From assembly GCF_006345805.1 (NCBI RefSeq), contig NC_043006.1, forward strand, positions 40,672,001 to 40,736,000: DNA of 64,000 nt, in the 5' to 3' direction. The first letter of the stretch is position 1; every line of letters starts with the position of its first letter. This stretch comes from Octopus sinensis. Taxonomy: Eukaryota. The notes under the pieces were generated by a model that was not told the origin of the DNA, did no database searches, and saw only the letters and a list, made by a program, of their open reading frames with translations. Shown here in pieces: positions 1-12,645 of this stretch. A program made the translations under genes and the position numbers.

Positions 1-57
1 TTGTTTTATGCTCAAACCAGCCGGATCTGATCTCTCACAGCTACTGTGATAATGTTA

Positions 58-161
58 TTGAACTTTCAACCCAAGTCTCATGTTGGTGAAAAAGAGGTTA
101 TCAAAGTGACATCCAGCAGGGATTCCACCATAACCATTGATCTCCGGTTCACATAGACTGT
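58..161 (-). pseudogene. Degenerate DFPase exon-2-like fragment
   Basis: Minus strand reads T-V-(1-nt deletion)-LCEPEINGYGGIPAGCHFDNLFFTNMRLGLKVQ*, versus squid DFPase TVICKPEVNGYGGIPAGCQCDRDANQLFVADMRLGLLVVQ (recalled). It has a frameshift, a ~4-codon deletion, no phase-0 acceptor, and a TAA at 55-57 within MITE-like sequence. Confidence 0.75.
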
Positions 162-190
162 ATAATTAATTCAAAACAATGACAGTGTTT

Positions 191-370
191 AGGTGCAGGA
201 GTGGCTGCGTGGTAAGTAGCTTGCTTACCAACCACATGGTTCTGGGTTCATTCCCACTGAGTGTGGCACTTTGAGCAAGTGTCTTCTACTATAGCCTCGG
301 GTTGACCAAGTGGATTTGGTAGACAGAAACTGAAAGAAGGCTGTCGTATATATGTATGTATGTATGTATG

Positions 371-405
<35 letters not shown>

Positions 406-618
406 ATGTTTGTGTGTTTGTGTTTGTCTCCCAACATTGCTTGACAACCGATGCTGGTGTGTTTATGTCCCCATAACTTAGTGGTTCGGCAAAAGGGACC
501 GATAGAATAAGTACTAGGCTTCCAAAAAATAAGCCCTGGGGTTGCTTTGCTCAACTAAAGGCAGTGCTCCAGCATGGCCACAGTCAAATGACTGAAACAA
601 GTAAAAGAGAAAAAGTAA
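191..618 (+). mobile_element. Dominant tRNA-derived SINE with an internal (TA/TG)n tract
   Basis: Head aggagtggctgtgtggtaag...gttca.tcccactg, body, and tail ...gactgaaacaagtaaaaga. More than 25 full or partial copies occur in the window. Confidence 0.85.
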
Positions 619-639
619 ATAAGCTCTACATTTGATAGA

Positions 640-1020
640 AAGATCTATATGCTAAAGGGTTAATGCAACTCTTATAATTATGCTGATCCCAGTAAAGAAA
701 ACTATCGAGCTTGTTGGTAACAGTACCTAAGGTACCCATAACTACTAGGAGTGCTTTTGCAGAAACCCTCCACAGTCTTCGCAGTTACCTCGCTAAGTCC
801 TGGTATTTCCTTATTTTTTCCCCCGTCCTTTAACTGCTACATTCATATCAGCAAGCATAGCCACATCTAAGTTGATGCACTCTTTAGATACTTTGTCCAG
901 GGTGATAATGTCCAGTGATCTCTCCTGAATCTCAAGCTCACTTTTGTACAGTGAAGTGCCACAAGACTTCAGACTGATTATTCTATCAAACTCTCTGTTT
1001 GGTCTTGTTACCATTCTCTG
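640..1020 (-). mobile_element. Degenerate RLE-type (R4/Dong-like) LINE endonuclease remnant
   Basis: LWHFTVQ.. / DIITLDKVSKECINLDVAMLADMNV.. / ..MGTLGTV resembles the PD-(D/E)xK restriction-like endonuclease end of these elements. Confidence 0.55.
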
Positions 1021-2827
1021 CTTACTTCAAAACTCCTGACACATTATTAGTAATTGTCCCCCACCAAGCTGAGCTTAGTTATATATGCTTTTGTTTTCCC
1101 CATTTAGTTCTTTAGTTTAACTATTGCAGTCTAAACAGTATTGTGCAATACCATGAACAATAAATAGCAGCCGTTGAATGTCATAAAAAAGTCTATCTAC
1201 CAACAGCTTTGATGTCATTCAGAAACCCTGGCAACTGGCAATATACTTATCAAAGTCACCTGTTCAGATAACATCTGGTACAGGTTTTCAGAATTCAATA
1301 ATTGCACAGTTAGCAGCAGATGCATCTAAGTAAATAATTACAGGTGTGGCTAAAAATACATCCATCAAGGCAAATTAAAAAAGAAATACAAAAGAAATAA
1401 CACACCAGATATTGATAACCTCATCAAAACTTCTCAAACACAATACATGAAAACAAGAAGTGACTGATTCAGTATTGACGCAGACATTGATTTATCAATT
1501 TATGGTACCATCGACATCGACTCCCTCTTGGACTTGAACTCCTGTGTTTCAAATTAATCAAATATTTCTGACATCGATTGAAAGCACACAACATGGACGG
1601 TTAATGGAAGTCATCAGGATATTTTGTGCCATTCAGACCTGTTGAAGTTTGACTTTAAAGAACATAACTGTGTCTCTGAGGCATTTTTCTTACTTGTTTC
1701 ATTTATTGGACTGTGGCCATGCTGGGGCACTATCCTAAAGGTTTTCTTTTTAAGCCAAACAGATTGACCTCTGTACTTATTTTTAAGCCTGGTATTTATT
1801 CTGTCGGACTATTTTGCTGAGCAACAAGTTATGGGGACATAAACAAACCAACACCAGTTGCAAAGTGGAGTATGTGTACACACACACACACACACATATA
1901 AGGTGGGCTTCCACACAGTTTTTGTCTAGCAAATTCACTTGCAATGTTCCCATACAGTGGGACTGAACCCTGTTCCACTTGGCTGCAAAGTAAGTTTCTT
2001 AACCACACACCCATGCCTGCATCTAACCACACAACCAACTTCAAGCAAGCAAACAACAAGAACTGTTTTAATCAAAAGTCTATGAAAATATAAGAATGCA
2101 AAAGAAATAAACTATCATTATCATCGTTTAACATCTGCTTTCCATGTTGGCATGGGTTGGATGGTTTGACTGAAGACTGGCAAGCCAGGGGGCTGCACCA
2201 GGCTCCAATCTGATCTGGAAAGGTTTCTACAGCTGGATGCTCTTCCTAACACCAACCACTGAGAGTGTAGTGGGTGCTTTTTACGTGCCACTGGCAGTAC
2301 TGGCATCGACCACGCTTGAATGGTGCTTTTTACATGTCACCGGCATGGGAGCCAGTCAAGCAGGACTGGCAACAACCACACTCGAATGATGCTTTTTACA
2401 TGCCACTGGCACAGGAGCCAGTCAGGTGGGACTGGCATCGACCATGCTCAAGTGGTGGTTTTTATGTGCCACCAGTATGGGAGCCAGTCAAGCAGCACTG
2501 GCATTGATCTTGCTCAAATGATGCTTTTTACATACCATCTGCATGGGAGCCAGTCAGGTGGCACTGACATTAACCATGCTTGAATGGTACTTTTTATGTA
2601 TCACCAGCACAGGAGCCAGTCAGTCAGCACTGGCATCAACCATGCTTGAATGGTGCTTTTTACATGTCACGGGCACAGGAGCTAGTCAGGTGGCAAAAAC
2701 ATTATAAAAGAAAATCTGTAACATTTTTTGTTTAGCACCCTAAAACAGTGGTTCTCAACTGTTTTTTGTCTATGGAGCCCTTTGATTCCTATTTCACTCT
2801 ACTAGATCCCCATAGTCATTCGATGTA

Positions 2828-3045
2828 CAATGGGGTGCTGAAAAGTTCCTGGCTTTAACGGTATCATGAAAGGCCTGGTTGGAGGCCTAACTTTCCAAGT
2901 TCTTTTATAGGGCTTAGAAAAACTGAAGGACTGCTGTAATAAATATGTGAATCTGAGAGGGGAATATGTTGAATAAAATCATAATTAACTGCTCCTCCTG
3001 TATTTTCTTTTACCCAAAGCCAGGAACTTTTCAGCACCCCCTTTA
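2828..3045. mobile_element. Mariner-derived MITE
   Basis: TIRs ggggtgctgaaaagttcctggcttt; the interior retains a transposase C-terminus (KL...KYVNLRGEYVE*). A partial copy lies at ~36250-36385. Confidence 0.75.
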
Positions 3046-5584
3046 CTTTTTTACTTGTTTCAGTCATTTGACTGCTGCCATGCTGGAGCACCCCTTTAGT
3101 CGAGCAAATCGACCCCAGGACTTATTCTATCATACTCTTTTGCTGAACCGCTGAGTTACAGGGCCGTAAACACACCACCATTGGTTATCAAGTGATGTTA
3201 GGGGGACAAGCACAGACACACAAACATATACACACATATATATAACGGGCTTCTTCCAGTTTCCGTCTACCAAATCCACTCACAAGGCTTTTGGTCGACC
3301 CGAGGCTATAGTAGAAGACACTTGCCCAAGGTGCCACGCAGTGGGACTGAACCCGGAACCATGTGGTTGGTAAGCAAGCTACTTACCACACAGCCACTCC
3401 TGCGCCTTATTATATAAAAAAAATCCTGTGGTATTTTTATGATTAAACATTATTAAGAATTGCATAAAAAAAACACTATAAAATATTTTATGTTTTGTAG
3501 AAGTAAGTACAAGCAATTTATTGCTTATAAATTTTAACAACAAAATCTTATTTGGACCCTGGTTTAGAAGTACAGCACTAAAGGATATCAAAGTTAAAAC
3601 TAAAGAACTGAATACTTAAATCAATTTAATAAATGACTGAATATTAATTAGCACATCTTTCTTAACTTGAATGTGTCATTTTGAATACTGATAGATATTA
3701 GGTGTTATAAAAAGTATAGATATGATTTATGTTATTTATAGGACCTAATGTCTATACAAGAGGATATCTCACGAAGATTACTGCAGTCTATGCTGTTCTT
3801 AACAACATATCCGTGTTAAGTTGGACGTTCTAATTAACATTCATTACAAAGAATGCTTCTGTTGCTAATAGCTACTTTGCTACTAAAGGCACAAGGCTTG
3901 AAATTTGTGGGGAGGGGTCAGTCAGAGACATTGATCCCAGTGTGTAACTGGTACTTTATTCATTGATCCTGAAAGAACAAACAGCAAAGTTGAACTCAGC
4001 AGAACTTGAACTCAGAAAGTAAAGACAGATGCAATGCCACTAAGCATTTTGCCGGACATGCTAATGATTCTACCAGCTCGCTGCCTTAATAGCTAATCTA
4101 ATATAATAAATGCAAAAACTAATTTCTGTGTGTCAGTGTGTCACACTTCGGTCCCCTCTTTCACTATTCATTGACACTTCTACTATTGCTCATACTGGGG
4201 TGAGAGCATAGATACAAAATTTAGGGAGAGTTGATGATGTTTTTATTAAAACTAGTATTGTTGATGGTGACAGTGGGAGTAATAATAAGAGAGAGAGAGA
4301 AAGAGTGGGTATGTGAGAGAAAGAGGGACTGGACACTGAACTAACATAATGACCGATGGTAATGGGGTGATAGTAATAGTATGAACTGTAGAGGCGGAGG
4401 CGGCAGTGATGATGGTGTGGTGGTAGCTGAGGTGGTCAGAGAGCAAGTGATGTGAAAGACATTGGTGATGGTGGTGGAGGGGAAAGCAGCAAAGTAAAAG
4501 GTATTGATGGTGGTGGCATTAGAAGTCTGAATGGTGTGTGTATGGCAGATATGGTGACGATGATGGTGGTATTGTTGTTTATCATGCAGCTTTACAATAA
4601 GTTCCAAGTTGACAAATTATATCATTGTTTTGACGAAAATTGTTCAATGCTTGAAAAATATTGGTCAAGTTTAATAAAATTTAATATGTACTCAATACAT
4701 GAAGTGTCATTGTTGGGCCCAAGGCCTAATGAAGAGCCCTCCACAGGAGCTAGTTCAAAAGTCATCCTATCAGGTGGCTTTTAAGCTCGTTAATAATAAA
4801 TGGATATTTTAAAAACAAACTCAGTTAGATATAAACCTTCTTTTCAAAATTCTAACATTGTTTCTTTTTGTATAAAATTTAAGTGAATGAAATATGAAAA
4901 ATTATATGAAATGAAATATAAAATTATATTATAAAAGATTGAAGAGTTTATCCCTACAAAATTTAATAAAGAAACATTGTATTTATAGAACAGGGGTTAA
5001 ATAAAAAAACCCAAATTTACTAACAGGTGTGAATATGGTTGTGTTGTTAAGAAGCTTGCTTTGCAACCATGTAGCTTTGAGTTCAATCCCACAGTGCGGC
5101 ACTTTGGGCAAGTGTCTTTTACTACATCCTGGGCTGACCAATACCTTGTGAGTGAATCTGGTAGATGGAAACCTGTCATAAACATGTATGTGTGTGTGTG
5201 TGTGTGAGACATTGTGTTTGTCTCTTCCCCACCATTTGACAGTTGATGTTGGTCCCTGTAACTTAGCAGTTCAGTGAGAGAGATTGATATAATAAATACC
5301 AGACTTCAAAAAAAAAAGTAAGTGCTGGAGTTGATTTGTTCTGCCAAACCCTTCAAGGCAGTGCCCCAGCATGGCCTCAGTCCAATAACTAAAACAAATA
5401 AGAGAAAAAGAAAGGAAGATAGATAACATCTTGCTCATAAGAAAGAGAGCTACTCCTATCAGCTCCACCATCTCAGAAGTCCTTAAGTAGGAGTCGATAA
5501 TTTTCAGTGCAGGAAACAGTCATAGCAGTATCTGTGAAATGAGCAATTTTAATAACACATTACTGTAAAATGCAGCTGGTCTAC

Positions 5585-6020
5585 TCTGTAAAGTGGTTGG
5601 CATTAGGAAGGGCATCCAGCCATAAACTGCTCGACAAAGCAGACCTAGCCAATGTAAGTGCTACATAAAAAGCATCCAGTCCAGTTTAAAGTGGTTGGCA
5701 TTAGGAAGGGCATCCAGCCATAAGATGCCCACCAAAGCAGACCTAGCTGATGTAGGTGCTATATAAAAAGCATCCAGTCCAGTTTAAAGTGGTTGGCATT
5801 AGGAAGGACATCCAGCCATAAGATGCCCACCAAAGCAGACCTAGCTGATGTAGATGCTATATAAAAAGCATCCAGTCCAGTTTAAAGTGGTTGGCATTAG
5901 GAAGGGCATCCAGCCATAAGATGCCCACCAAAGCAGACCTAGCTGATGTAGATGCTATATAAAAAGCATCCAGTCCAGTTTAAAGTGGTTGGCATTAGGA
6001 AGGACATCCAGCCATAAAAA
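5585..6020 (+). repeat. 98-bp tandem repeat (~4.5 units) derived from the RTE 3' UTR
   Basis: gtggttggcattaggaagg recurs at 5593, 5691, 5789, 5887 and 5985. Confidence 0.85.
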
Positions 6021-6944
6021 GCATGCCAAAACAGTGGAGCATGGCGCAGTCCTCTGGCTTACCAGCTTCTGACAAGTTGTCCAACCAATGCCAGGATGCA
6101 AGATGGACATTAAATGGTGATGGTGATGATGACAACATTTGTTGGTGACTGCATTTTTACCAACTTCGACTCAATGGCACTGACCAATGCATAATCAAAA
6201 TGGAACTCAGCATTAAACAATTAAAAAGAACATGTGCAGGCAAGATTGTGTGGTTAAGAAGTTCACTTTGTAACCACAGGGTTTTAGGTTCAGTCCCAAT
6301 GTGTGACACCTTGGGCAAGTGTCTTTTTGGGCTGACCAATGCCTTATGGGTGATTTTGATAGCTGGAAACTATATAGAAGCCCACCAAGTATGTGTATGG
6401 TTATGTGTGTGCATGCGCACAAGTATGTATGTGTTTGTTCCCTCTACCACTGCTTTGTAACTGGTGTTGCTTTGTTTATGTCACTGTAACACTGGTCTGG
6501 CAAAAGAGATTGACAGAATAAGTACCAGACTTTAAAAATAGCATTGGGTTGACTTAAAATGCTTCAAGGTGGTTCTCCAGCTTGGCTGTAAGTTCAATGA
6601 GTGAAGCAAGTAAAAGAAAAGGTAAAAAAAACAAAAAAACTTAAAATTTCTTAGCAAATTTTTAGAAATATAAAAAGATCAAGTTCGACACAGAACACTC
6701 AGATATCAACCGACACCATAGAAGACTACCACTTGAACACAAAACACAACCATACACAAAACACAAATCTTTAAATAACTGGCTGAAACATGCGAAAACC
6801 TGTTTTTACTTTTGCAGATATTTTATATACTAAGTAACTAAATAGTTAAATCAATACTATAAACAAGGCAAGAAAAAAAAAAAGAGATGACAAATATTTC
6901 TGTAGCTATATTTAATCAATAGTTTAATGTTTTTTATTATTATT

Positions 6945-7175
6945 ATTATTATTATTATCACTCAGTAGTCTTAATTTTATCACGTGCTTTCATGGCACTA
7001 ACATGCGCAGCTCTGTGTGCCTTGGGTATGTGCTGTGGTTTGTTGTGGTGCTCTTATTTTTACTGTATTGAAAGTGTTTTATGTAGGATGCGTGTGGTGC
7101 CTAGTAGTGCTATTTTCTGTATGTTATATATATTCGTAAGTCCTGGTGTTTTTGTTATGTATTTGAATATTTTTT
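6945..7175 (-). mobile_element. 3' end of an RLE-type LINE with a (TAA)n tail
   Basis: NIYNIQKIALLGTTRILHKTLSIQ*, followed by 3' UTR and (TAA)n. Confidence 0.65.
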
Positions 7176-7184
7176 TATCATCAG

Positions 7185-7365
7185 AGGCAGGAGTGGCTGT
7201 GTGGTAAGTAGCTTGCTTACCAACCACATGGTTCTGGGTTCAATCCCACTGCTTGGCACCTTGGGCAAGTGTCTTCTACTATAGCCTCGGACTGACCAAA
7301 GCCTTGTGAGTGGATTTGGTAGATGGAAACTGAAAGAAGCCTGTCGTATATATGTATGTATATAT

Positions 7366-7397
<32 letters not shown>

Positions 7398-7605
7398 CAT
7401 ATGTTTGTGTGTCTGTGTTTGTCCCCCCAACATCGCTTGACAACCAATGCTGGTGTGTTTACATCCCCGTAACTTAGTGGTTCGGCAAAAGAGTATGATA
7501 GAATAAGTACTAGGCTTCCAAAAATAAGTCCTGGGGTTGATTTGCTCAACTAAAGGACGATGCTCCAGCATGGCCGCAGTCAAATGACTGAAACAAGTAA
7601 AAGAG
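7185..7605 (+). mobile_element. Dominant SINE copy
   Basis: Full-length match to the same family. Confidence 0.85.
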
Positions 7606-7995
7606 TATACTTAAGGTGCCCACTATGATAGGAATTGTTTCTGCTTTTAGACTCCACATCCAGGTTACCTCTATTTGCAGGTCATTGCATTTTGAAAGTT
7701 TCTCCATTTCTTTTAGAGAAATTATTATTATTAAGGCGGCGTGCTAATGCTCAACAGCATTTCACCCATCGCTACCTTCTGAGTTCAATTTCCGCCAAGG
7801 TCAACTTTGCCTTTCATCCTTTTGGGGTCGTTAAAATAAGTACCAGTTATGCACCGGGGTCGATGTAATCAACTTAATCCCCTTCCCCAAGCTGCCCCTG
7901 TGGCAAAAATTTGAAATCCTTATTGTTATTATTATTATTATTATTATTATAAAGGTAGTGAGCTGGCAGAATTGTTAGCACACTAGGCAAAATGC

Positions 7996-8253
7996 TTAGC
8001 AGCACAGTGTCTGTCCTGGTCTTCTTAGCCCACTTGTATGTTTCATATAACTCATAACGTCTCCAATGTTTTGAATTACCCGTGAAACTTTTGTGTCATC
8101 TGCATACCTTGTGATCGTGGCTCTCTGTATGGCTGAGGGCATAGCTGGGAGGACCATTATAAACAATAGTGGTCCCAAAACAGTGCCTTGCAGAACCCCA
8201 CTCACTATTTGCATGACACTGGAGGTGGCTCCATTAGCTACTACTGAAGACAA
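7996..8253 (-). mobile_element. CR1/L2-group reverse transcriptase fragment
   Basis: SGVLQGTVLGPLLFIM...YADDTKV. Confidence 0.75.
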
Positions 8254-9245
8254 TGAATTAGCTTAAGTTTGTACTCAATTTTTTATTTATTTTGTGTGTG
8301 TGTGCTCATGCATGCAGTCTGACATGCATAAATTGAGATTTCTTAAAGCTATAACCACAACAAAGAGTTACTTGCTATGTTAAGCTCACCACTTACTGGT
8401 TGATCTTCTCCGTTTCTTTGTTACGTTAAAATGTTTGTATTTTCTCTTTACCTTCTCTTCTCTCCCTCCCTTCCTCCGTCTCTCTCTCATGGAAAAGATT
8501 AAAATTTAAAAAATTCATTTTTTCAAGTCAACCAGGAATGAAGTTGCTATTGATGGTACATAGCCACACTAAATGCTAATTTGTAGCATAGCTTTACTGG
8601 CACTTGTGCCGGTGGCATGTGAATAAACATTCGAGTGAGGTCATTGCAAGTGCTGCTGGACTGGCTCCTTTGTAGGTGGCATGTAAAAAACACCATTTGA
8701 GCGTGGTCGTTGCCAGTACTGCCTGACTGGCCCTCGTGCCGGTGGCACGTAAGAGCCTCCACTACACTCTCAGAGTGGTTGGTGTTAGGAAGGGCATCCA
8801 GCTGTAGAAACTCTGCCAGATCAAGAATGGAGCCTGGTGCAGCCATCTGGTTTGCCAGTCCTCAGTCAAATCGTCCAACCCATGCTAGCATGGAAAGCAG
8901 ATGTTAAACGATGATGATGATGATATATTTATAGACATACATATATATATATATATATACACACATAAATATATGCACAAGGCAGTAGTTGAGCAAGTGT
9001 CTTGTTTGTGCATGGTGCAAAAGATTGTGAAGCAGCTGATCTGGCTGCATCAAGTGCAAAAAAGGAACCTTGCCCACTACTGTGCAAGACCACAACAATC
9101 AATGGATACGGGATGGCCTCCCCTAATGCCTGCGCAGTCATAAAGCCAATATTTTAACTAAATACTGAGGGCCTGTTGCAACAAAAGCAAAATTTTTTTC
9201 CTGAGAGACCTTGCTGCATGCAATCAAGCCCTATGCATAGCACTT

Positions 9246-9425
9246 GTGGAAACTCATCTGAGTCCTGATATAGAGGATGCAGAAGTACATGTACCAAAAC
9301 ATACCATACTGCGAACAGACAGAAGGGAAAGGAGCCATGGTGGAGTTGCTATATACATCCGTGAAGACCTCACACCCAAGGTCTTGCTGTCATACTCAAA
9401 TTCAGTATGTGACACTCTAATTGTC
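9246..9425 (+). mobile_element. LINE apurinic endonuclease fragment
   Basis: THLSPDIEDAEV...ILRTDRRERSHGGVAIYIRE. Confidence 0.7.
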
Positions 9426-10290
9426 ATGCGGTGGTGCATCCGGAATCTGCCCCCTTGAGCAGTTGCACATATTGCACCTCAACTCCTTGCCTCTGCAGCG
9501 AGTTCAGCACTGCATTGGTTTCAATGTTGTCGAAGGGTTTCTCAGTCTACAAATGCAACACAAAGAGGCAGCTTGTACTCATTCGCTCGTTCAAGCAGTT
9601 GTGTTAGAGTAAATATATGGTCCATCGTGCTGTAGTTCTTCTGGAAGCTGGCTTGCTCCCTTGGTTGTTGTTCGTCGAGATGACGTGACAACCTGTTCAG
9701 AATTATCTTTGTGAACAGCTTGTACACATGAGACAGCAGGCATATGGGCCAATACTTCCCTAGATCTTCTTTATCACCCTTCTTATGTAGCAGGATGGTA
9801 TTTGACTCTTTTCACTGCAAGGGAATTCTTCCCTCATCCAGATAGTGTGAGAATCGCTCAGCGAGGATTTTCCAGTGCTGCTCTCTGCCTGACTTTAACG
9901 ACCTCTGATGTTATACTATCTTTCCCTGGCACCTTTCTGTTTTTCATCGAGCTCGACATGAAAAGCTCTGCAGTAGGTCTCAAGATGAACTGCATGAAAA
10001 TGAAGTTCATGTGGTCAGACATGCGGTCAGAAGGATGTCGTCATGGAGTATGCGCGCAGTAGGTTTGGATGGGCTACACGTCGCCTGGCTCACCGATGGT
10101 CGGTGGACCCACACAGTTGATGAGTGGTGCCCACGCGAGCAGAAATGACCACTCAGAAGGCCTCCACGACGGTGGAGTTATGATTTCAGGAGGGTGATTG
10201 GGATCACGTGGATGAGAAAGGCGATATCCAGAGAGGAGTGGTGTCAAATGGATGCCCGACAGACTGGTCAGTCAAGGTGATCAAGATGAT
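9425..10290. mobile_element. RTE-clade LINE fragment with an inverted 5' part
   Basis: 9425-9945 on the minus strand is the RT N-part (MKNRKVPG..., KLFTKIILNRL...AFVD). 9945-10290 on the plus strand is the C-part (GLKMN..., HVAWLTDGRWT). Confidence 0.7.
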
Positions 10291-11227
10291 TATCATGCTA
10301 GAATGGACATATTGCAATATATAGAACTAAGTACTCCACAGCATTGTATTTTTAATTTCATCTAAGTTCTAAAAGAAAACAATATTAACACATGGGTGCG
10401 TTTGGAAGCTTATAACTGGAGGGGCATGAAATGATATACATTCATGAGAGTAAAAACATGTGAGATAAGGCATGATCAACTGGAAGCAATGTGAATAAAT
10501 AAGAATCATGTTTGACAGATGAACATTAGAGTTAATCTGAATACTTGAGATAACCCTTTCATTACCAACAACGCTGAAACCAGCTCTGGCTCTGTAGTAC
10601 AAATATCTTGCTTTCATAAGTTTTGAATTAAAATCTTCCACCAGACCTTAGTTACAATTTATGTTCCTGACACTAGCTGAATGATAACTAAGTTATTTTA
10701 CTAAATTCTTTGTTATATTTAAAATTAATTAAAAGAAACACAAAGCACCTCAACAGAAATATGGTAACAAAAGGGTTAAAGTATGTAATAGAGAAACAAT
10801 TCATAACCATTTTGATAACAACCTGGCTGAAACCAGCTCTGGCTCTTAGTACAAATGTCTTGTTTTCATGGGTTTTGAATTAAAATCTTCCACTAAACCT
10901 TAGTCACAATTTATGTTCCTAATACTAGCTTAATGATAACTTAGTTATTTTACTAAATTCTTGGTTATATTTAAAATTAATTGAAAGAAACACAGAGCAT
11001 CACAAAATAAATACAGCAACGAAAGGGTTAAACTAACTGAATCTACTTGCAAACTCCCATATACAGCCTTTATTTGAATGACTTTTGAAAGATCTTGCCA
11101 TATACATACATATACATTTATAGAACACTAATGTACATACATTTGTATATGCATACATATATCTATCTAAACATGCACTCACATTTTTTACTCTTGTGAA
11201 TGTAACCTTTTGTATTTCCATGTTCTT

Positions 11228-12005
11228 TATCAATGGGATGTGTAATGTCAGTGTGCATACATAATAGAGTGTAAGCACCTTGAGAGAAAAGTCAGACATA
11301 AGAAGCATCAGATGTGGTGTGCATGAGAGACGACTGTGCTGGTATGGTCATGTGTTGCGTATGGATGAGGAGAGCTGTGTGAAGAACTGTCACACCCTAA
11401 CAGTGGAGGGAACGTGTGGAAGAGGTAAACCCAAGAAAACACAGATTGAGGTGGTGAAGCACGACCATCAAATGTTGAGCCCCACAGAGACAACGACAAG
11501 CAACCGAGACCTTTGGAGACGTGCTGTGCTTGAGAAGACCCGGCAAGCCAGGTGAGATTGAAAGCACCCTTCAATCATTGGGCAATATGCTGTGCTTGTG
11601 AAGACCTGTTGAATTGAGTGAAATTGTAGTCATGGCCAACACCAGTGCCATCTGATTGGCACCCATGCTGGTAGCACATAAAAAGCACCATTTGAGCATC
11701 GCCGATGCTGGTGCCACCTTACTGGTACTTGTGCTGGTGGCACATAAAAAGCACCATTTGAGAATGGGTGATGCTAGTGCCACCTGACTGGCTCCCATGC
11801 CAGTGGCACATAAAAAGCACCATTTGAGAATGGGTGATGCTAGTGCCACCTGACTGGCTCCCATGCCAGTGGCACATAAAAAGCACCCAGCTGTAGAAAC
11901 TTTGCAAAATTAGATTGGAGCCTGGTGCAGCCTCCTGGCTTGCCGGTCCTCAGTCAAACCGTCCAAACCATGCCAGCATGGAAAGCAGATATTAAACAAC
12001 AACGA
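11228..12005 (+). mobile_element. 5'-truncated RTE LINE with tandem-repeat 3' UTR
   Basis: RRLCWYGHVLRMDEESCVK...GRGKPKKT, then ~55-bp repeats and the common ...ggacgttaaacgatgat-type tail. Confidence 0.75.
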
Positions 12006-12515
12006 TGGTGATCATATATATAGCACATCTGAAAGAAAGGGCCACGGAGTTCAGCATAAAGTGGAAGACCCTAAAAAGATGAAAACTGTACTTCAGTAGC
12101 AGCAGGAAGGGCAGATTATGCCTGGCTGACAAGACGGCAATTTTAAAAGGGACCCAACGCCCGGATGTTTAATCCTTGCCCTTTCACCGAAGCCCTTGAG
12201 CCCAGCAAAAAGAGATTGACCAAAGCACACACCAATGCACAACCCTATAAGGCAGACACCCAACAAAGTAAACTCTTCTACCACCCCAACACATACCCCT
12301 TCACACAAATTGTACCCCAACATATACACAGACCACCCCCATACACACATTACACACCATATGCTAACATAAACATCCTCCCCCACAACTTTATCATTTA
12401 CAGAAAGAAAACAAACCAATGAACACAGCTATATATACCTACACCCCTGGAAAAAATTATACATATTACACCGCTGCACATACCACACACTCCATCTCCG
12501 CGGGAGCACCACATT

Positions 12516-12598
12516 AACTCTGATGAGCATGAAGTTATATAATCAGATTGTTACCTAATACTCGATTGTATTCTTTACGTGAAACTGATTAGTAAGAT
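12516..12598 (+). ncRNA. Type I hammerhead ribozyme motif (family B)
   Basis: aact-CTGATGA-gcatgaag...ctttacgt-GAA-ACTgattAGT-A-agat. The core is intact, stem II extends (atataatc/gattgtat), the cleavage triplet is GUA, and stem I has one mismatch. Confidence 0.65.
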
Positions 12599-12645
12599 CA
12601 GCCGTGATGGATATTTAATACTATACATATCAGATATATATATAT

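Noticed and set aside
3742-3832. Plus-strand exon-like stretch after a strong tttatag acceptor
   Set aside because: No convincing donor, partner exons or homology.
5585-6020. Regularly spaced repeats resembling a CRISPR array
   Set aside because: Eukaryotic context, near-identical 'spacers', LINE-derived sequence and no cas genes.
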